A DNA stretch of 64,000 nucleotides from Nitrospinia bacterium. Lineage in GTDB: Bacteria > Nitrospinota > Nitrospinia > Nitrospinales > JAJDAT01. Position 1 is the stretch's first letter; each line of letters begins with the position of its first letter. This document shows positions 62,084-64,000 of the stretch, piece by piece. Below the pieces are notes generated by a model. The model did no database searches and was not told the DNA's origin. It worked only from the letters and a program-made list of their open reading frames with translations. The position numbers were made by a program, and so were the translations under genes. The DNA is taken from NCBI GenBank assembly GCA_029261715.1, contig JAJDAT010000005.1, positions 192,487 through 256,486 on the forward strand, in the 5' to 3' direction.

Positions 62084-62920
62084 ATGGAATTAAAAAGGAA
62101 TCGTTTTTCCTTCATTTTTTTGTTTGCTATAGGAATCGTGTTTTTGTCTGCTTGTCAAGAGTCTGAAGTGAAGCCTCAAAAACCCTTGACTCTAAATATG
62201 GACGTGCCAAAACCAGTTTTGGTTAAAAAATCTAAAGTAAAACCAAAAAATATTCCAGAAATCCAGAAATCCGATCTTAAATTTCAGGTGGCCAACGCGG
62301 CGATTAAAAAAGATTTATCTGAAAGGCCTATAAAAGACAGAAAAAACTGTAACCTTAGGGTCGATGAAATTGAAAAAGAAAAAAACAAGGTCCAAACGGC
62401 TGGCGGGTTTTGGGGGAGAATAGAAAGTACAAAAGATTTTAAAGACTATTCGCCAATTGGTGTGAAGATAGACGCTAAATTTAATCAGCTTATTTTTGGG
62501 TTGCGTCATTTATGCGATACCGCTATGGGATTGGATCTTACACACGTTGCGAAAGAGTTAATTAAAGAGTCTAAAGGAAGAAGTACAGAAGAACTGGTGA
62601 AGATGTTAGAGTCAACAGGTAAGGCTAAAGCGGATATTGAGATATATCTTAAATACGTAGAGTTTGCTAAAAGATCCCAAAATAGATTACTTGAATACTC
62701 TTCGATCCAGGAGACCCTTTTGTGGGTTGATATGTTTGTCGATCAATATAGTAAGTTTTTTAATGGAAAGTTAGCGGATAAAGAGCGCATAGATCAAGCA
62801 ATGCCCGATGTACTCGCTTTTAAAGATGCCTTAGAGCGTTTCTCTGTTGAGAATGAAAATATTAAAATCGCTATTATGGAAGATTTTCAAGTCCCATATT
62901 TCTACGTAACGGAAATGTAG
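62084..62920 (+). CDS. Hypothetical lipoprotein
   Basis: Lipobox FLSAC; AGGAAG before ATG at 62084. Confidence 0.7.
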   Translation: MELKRNRFSFIFLFAIGIVFLSACQESEVKPQKPLTLNMDVPKPVLVKKSKVKPKNIPEIQKSDLKFQVANAAIKKDLSERPIKDRKNCNLRVDEIEKEKNKVQTAGGFWGRIESTKDFKDYSPIGVKIDAKFNQLIFGLRHLCDTAMGLDLTHVAKELIKESKGRSTEELVKMLESTGKAKADIEIYLKYVEFAKRSQNRLLEYSSIQETLLWVDMFVDQYSKFFNGKLADKERIDQAMPDVLAFKDALERFSVENENIKIAIMEDFQVPYFYVTEM

Positions 62921-62998
62921 GGAAGTTTTAATTACAACTCATCAAGCGTCTTTCCACTTTCGATTTTCCCATAATCTTTTAATAGCCATCAAACATTT

Positions 62999-63511
62999 AT
63001 GAACGATTGCCCTTGCGGTTCAAACTCTACTTACACAGATTGCTGTGGAATGCTTATTAATGGAACCTGTTTGCCTGATTCAGCAGAAGATTTAATGAGA
63101 TCCCGGTATTCTGCATTTGTTTTTAAAGAATGGGATTATCTCGAAAAAACTGCGATAGTGAAGAAATCGCATCAGTCTTTGATTTCGAACGAAGAAGTAA
63201 CTTGGACAAAGTTGGAGATTTTAGGAAGCAAGCAAGGTCAACGCGATGATTCGCAAGGCGAAGTAAACTTTGCAGCCTACTTTACAGATAATGGCGAAGA
63301 AAAAGTCCTCAGAGAAGACTCGAAATTTCAAAAAATAGACGGCCGGTGGCTTTACGACGAACTAAACTCTTCCATCCAAAAGTCCGAACCCAAATCTGAA
63401 CCACAACCCCAAAAAAGTGGACCTGTTGTAAGAGATAAACCCAAAGTGGGCAGAAACGATCCTTGTTCCTGCGGTAGTGGGAAAAAATTTAAGAAGTGTT
63501 GCGGTAAATAG
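62999..63511 (+). CDS. YchJ family protein with SEC-C motifs
   Basis: CPCGS...[12 protein letters not shown]...W..LEI...E.S.F...GRWLY...[18 protein letters not shown]. Confidence 0.93.
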   Translation: MNDCPCGSNSTYTDCCGMLINGTCLPDSAEDLMRSRYSAFVFKEWDYLEKTAIVKKSHQSLISNEEVTWTKLEILGSKQGQRDDSQGEVNFAAYFTDNGEEKVLREDSKFQKIDGRWLYDELNSSIQKSEPKSEPQPQKSGPVVRDKPKVGRNDPCSCGSGKKFKKCCGK

Positions 63512-63517
63512 AGAAGG

Positions 63518-63787
63518 TTAGCGTTTTTTTTCAGGAACGTTTGTTTTTTTCGAGTTATCCGGCTTAGAGTCTTCCTCGGAAGTTTTTGGACTATCAATCT
63601 TGTCGCCGTATGAAATTGTTCTTGCGACTCCGCGATCAAATGGCATTGCATGCCTTTGACCCAACCTTGGAGCTAACCTGGACATTTGAGATTTTTTGTC
63701 GTTTGCCTCCACGCATTTAGGGCAAACTTCTTTTTGGGTTTCAGATGTAGGGGGAAACTTTTCTTTGCATATTGAGCAAGGGATCAT
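63518..63787 (-). CDS. Small CxxC...CxxC hypothetical protein
   Basis: CSIC and CPKC; AAAGG RBS. Confidence 0.6.
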   Translation of the reverse strand: MIPCSICKEKFPPTSETQKEVCPKCVEANDKKSQMSRLAPRLGQRHAMPFDRGVARTISYGDKIDSPKTSEEDSKPDNSKKTNVPEKKR

Positions 63788-63937
63788 AAAATACCTTTAA
63801 GAGGATCACCAAATAGGAGACATTAAGCGATCAAGACCTTTCTATTTAAAGCTTTTTCTCCTTGGGATGTTTTTAGGTTGTGGTCGTCTATTTAAATGCT
63901 GAGTCAATAAGAGTTTGTTCAAAGTTTTTGGAATAGT

Positions 63938-64000
63938 TTAAAACCTTCCCAAAGAATTAGCAATTGCAATGTCCACGCAAACCGTTCCGTTAAATTCATT
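63938..64000 (-). CDS. Possible 3' end of a gene entering from beyond the window
   Basis: Open frame NEFNGTVCVDIAIANSLGRF then TAA; too short to identify. Confidence 0.3.
   Translation of the reverse strand, partial: NEFNGTVCVDIAIANSLGRF

Overview
AT-rich bacterial chromosomal segment, most plausibly from a Nitrospinota (Nitrospina-like) organism; this is an inference from the gene repertoire (several RNI-type LRR proteins, mitochondrial-type aconitase), not from a marker gene. The backbone is housekeeping: secA, dksA-like, thiL, selO, aconitase, cysE, cysteine desulfurase, wcaJ-like, kdsB, pyrG, initiator tRNA-Met, and an rpsU that the ORF track missed because it has no ATG/GTG/TTG start. 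Three accessory patches interrupt it. (1) About 23.9-30.7 kb: an operon encoding a SEFIR/TIR-STAND ATPase without a C-terminal sensor, followed by two paralogous stand-alone TPR genes (candidate split NLR-like anti-phage system), then decayed toxin-antitoxin genes. (2) About 34.0-35.6 kb: one membrane-protein gene bracketed by ~54-bp imperfect inverted repeats. (3) About 48.8-53.2 kb: a decayed integrative element at the 3' end of tRNA-fMet, with integrase and XRE remnants and frameshifted genes. Other unusual items are a 1141-aa acidic FliL-domain protein with four FliN-N-like DLWAxAFAEQ repeats, a DksA with a histone-H1-like N-terminus, a degenerate REC-REC-GGDEF protein and candidate structured leaders. 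No CRISPR array or rRNA was seen. All family calls are by motif recognition; no database searches were run.
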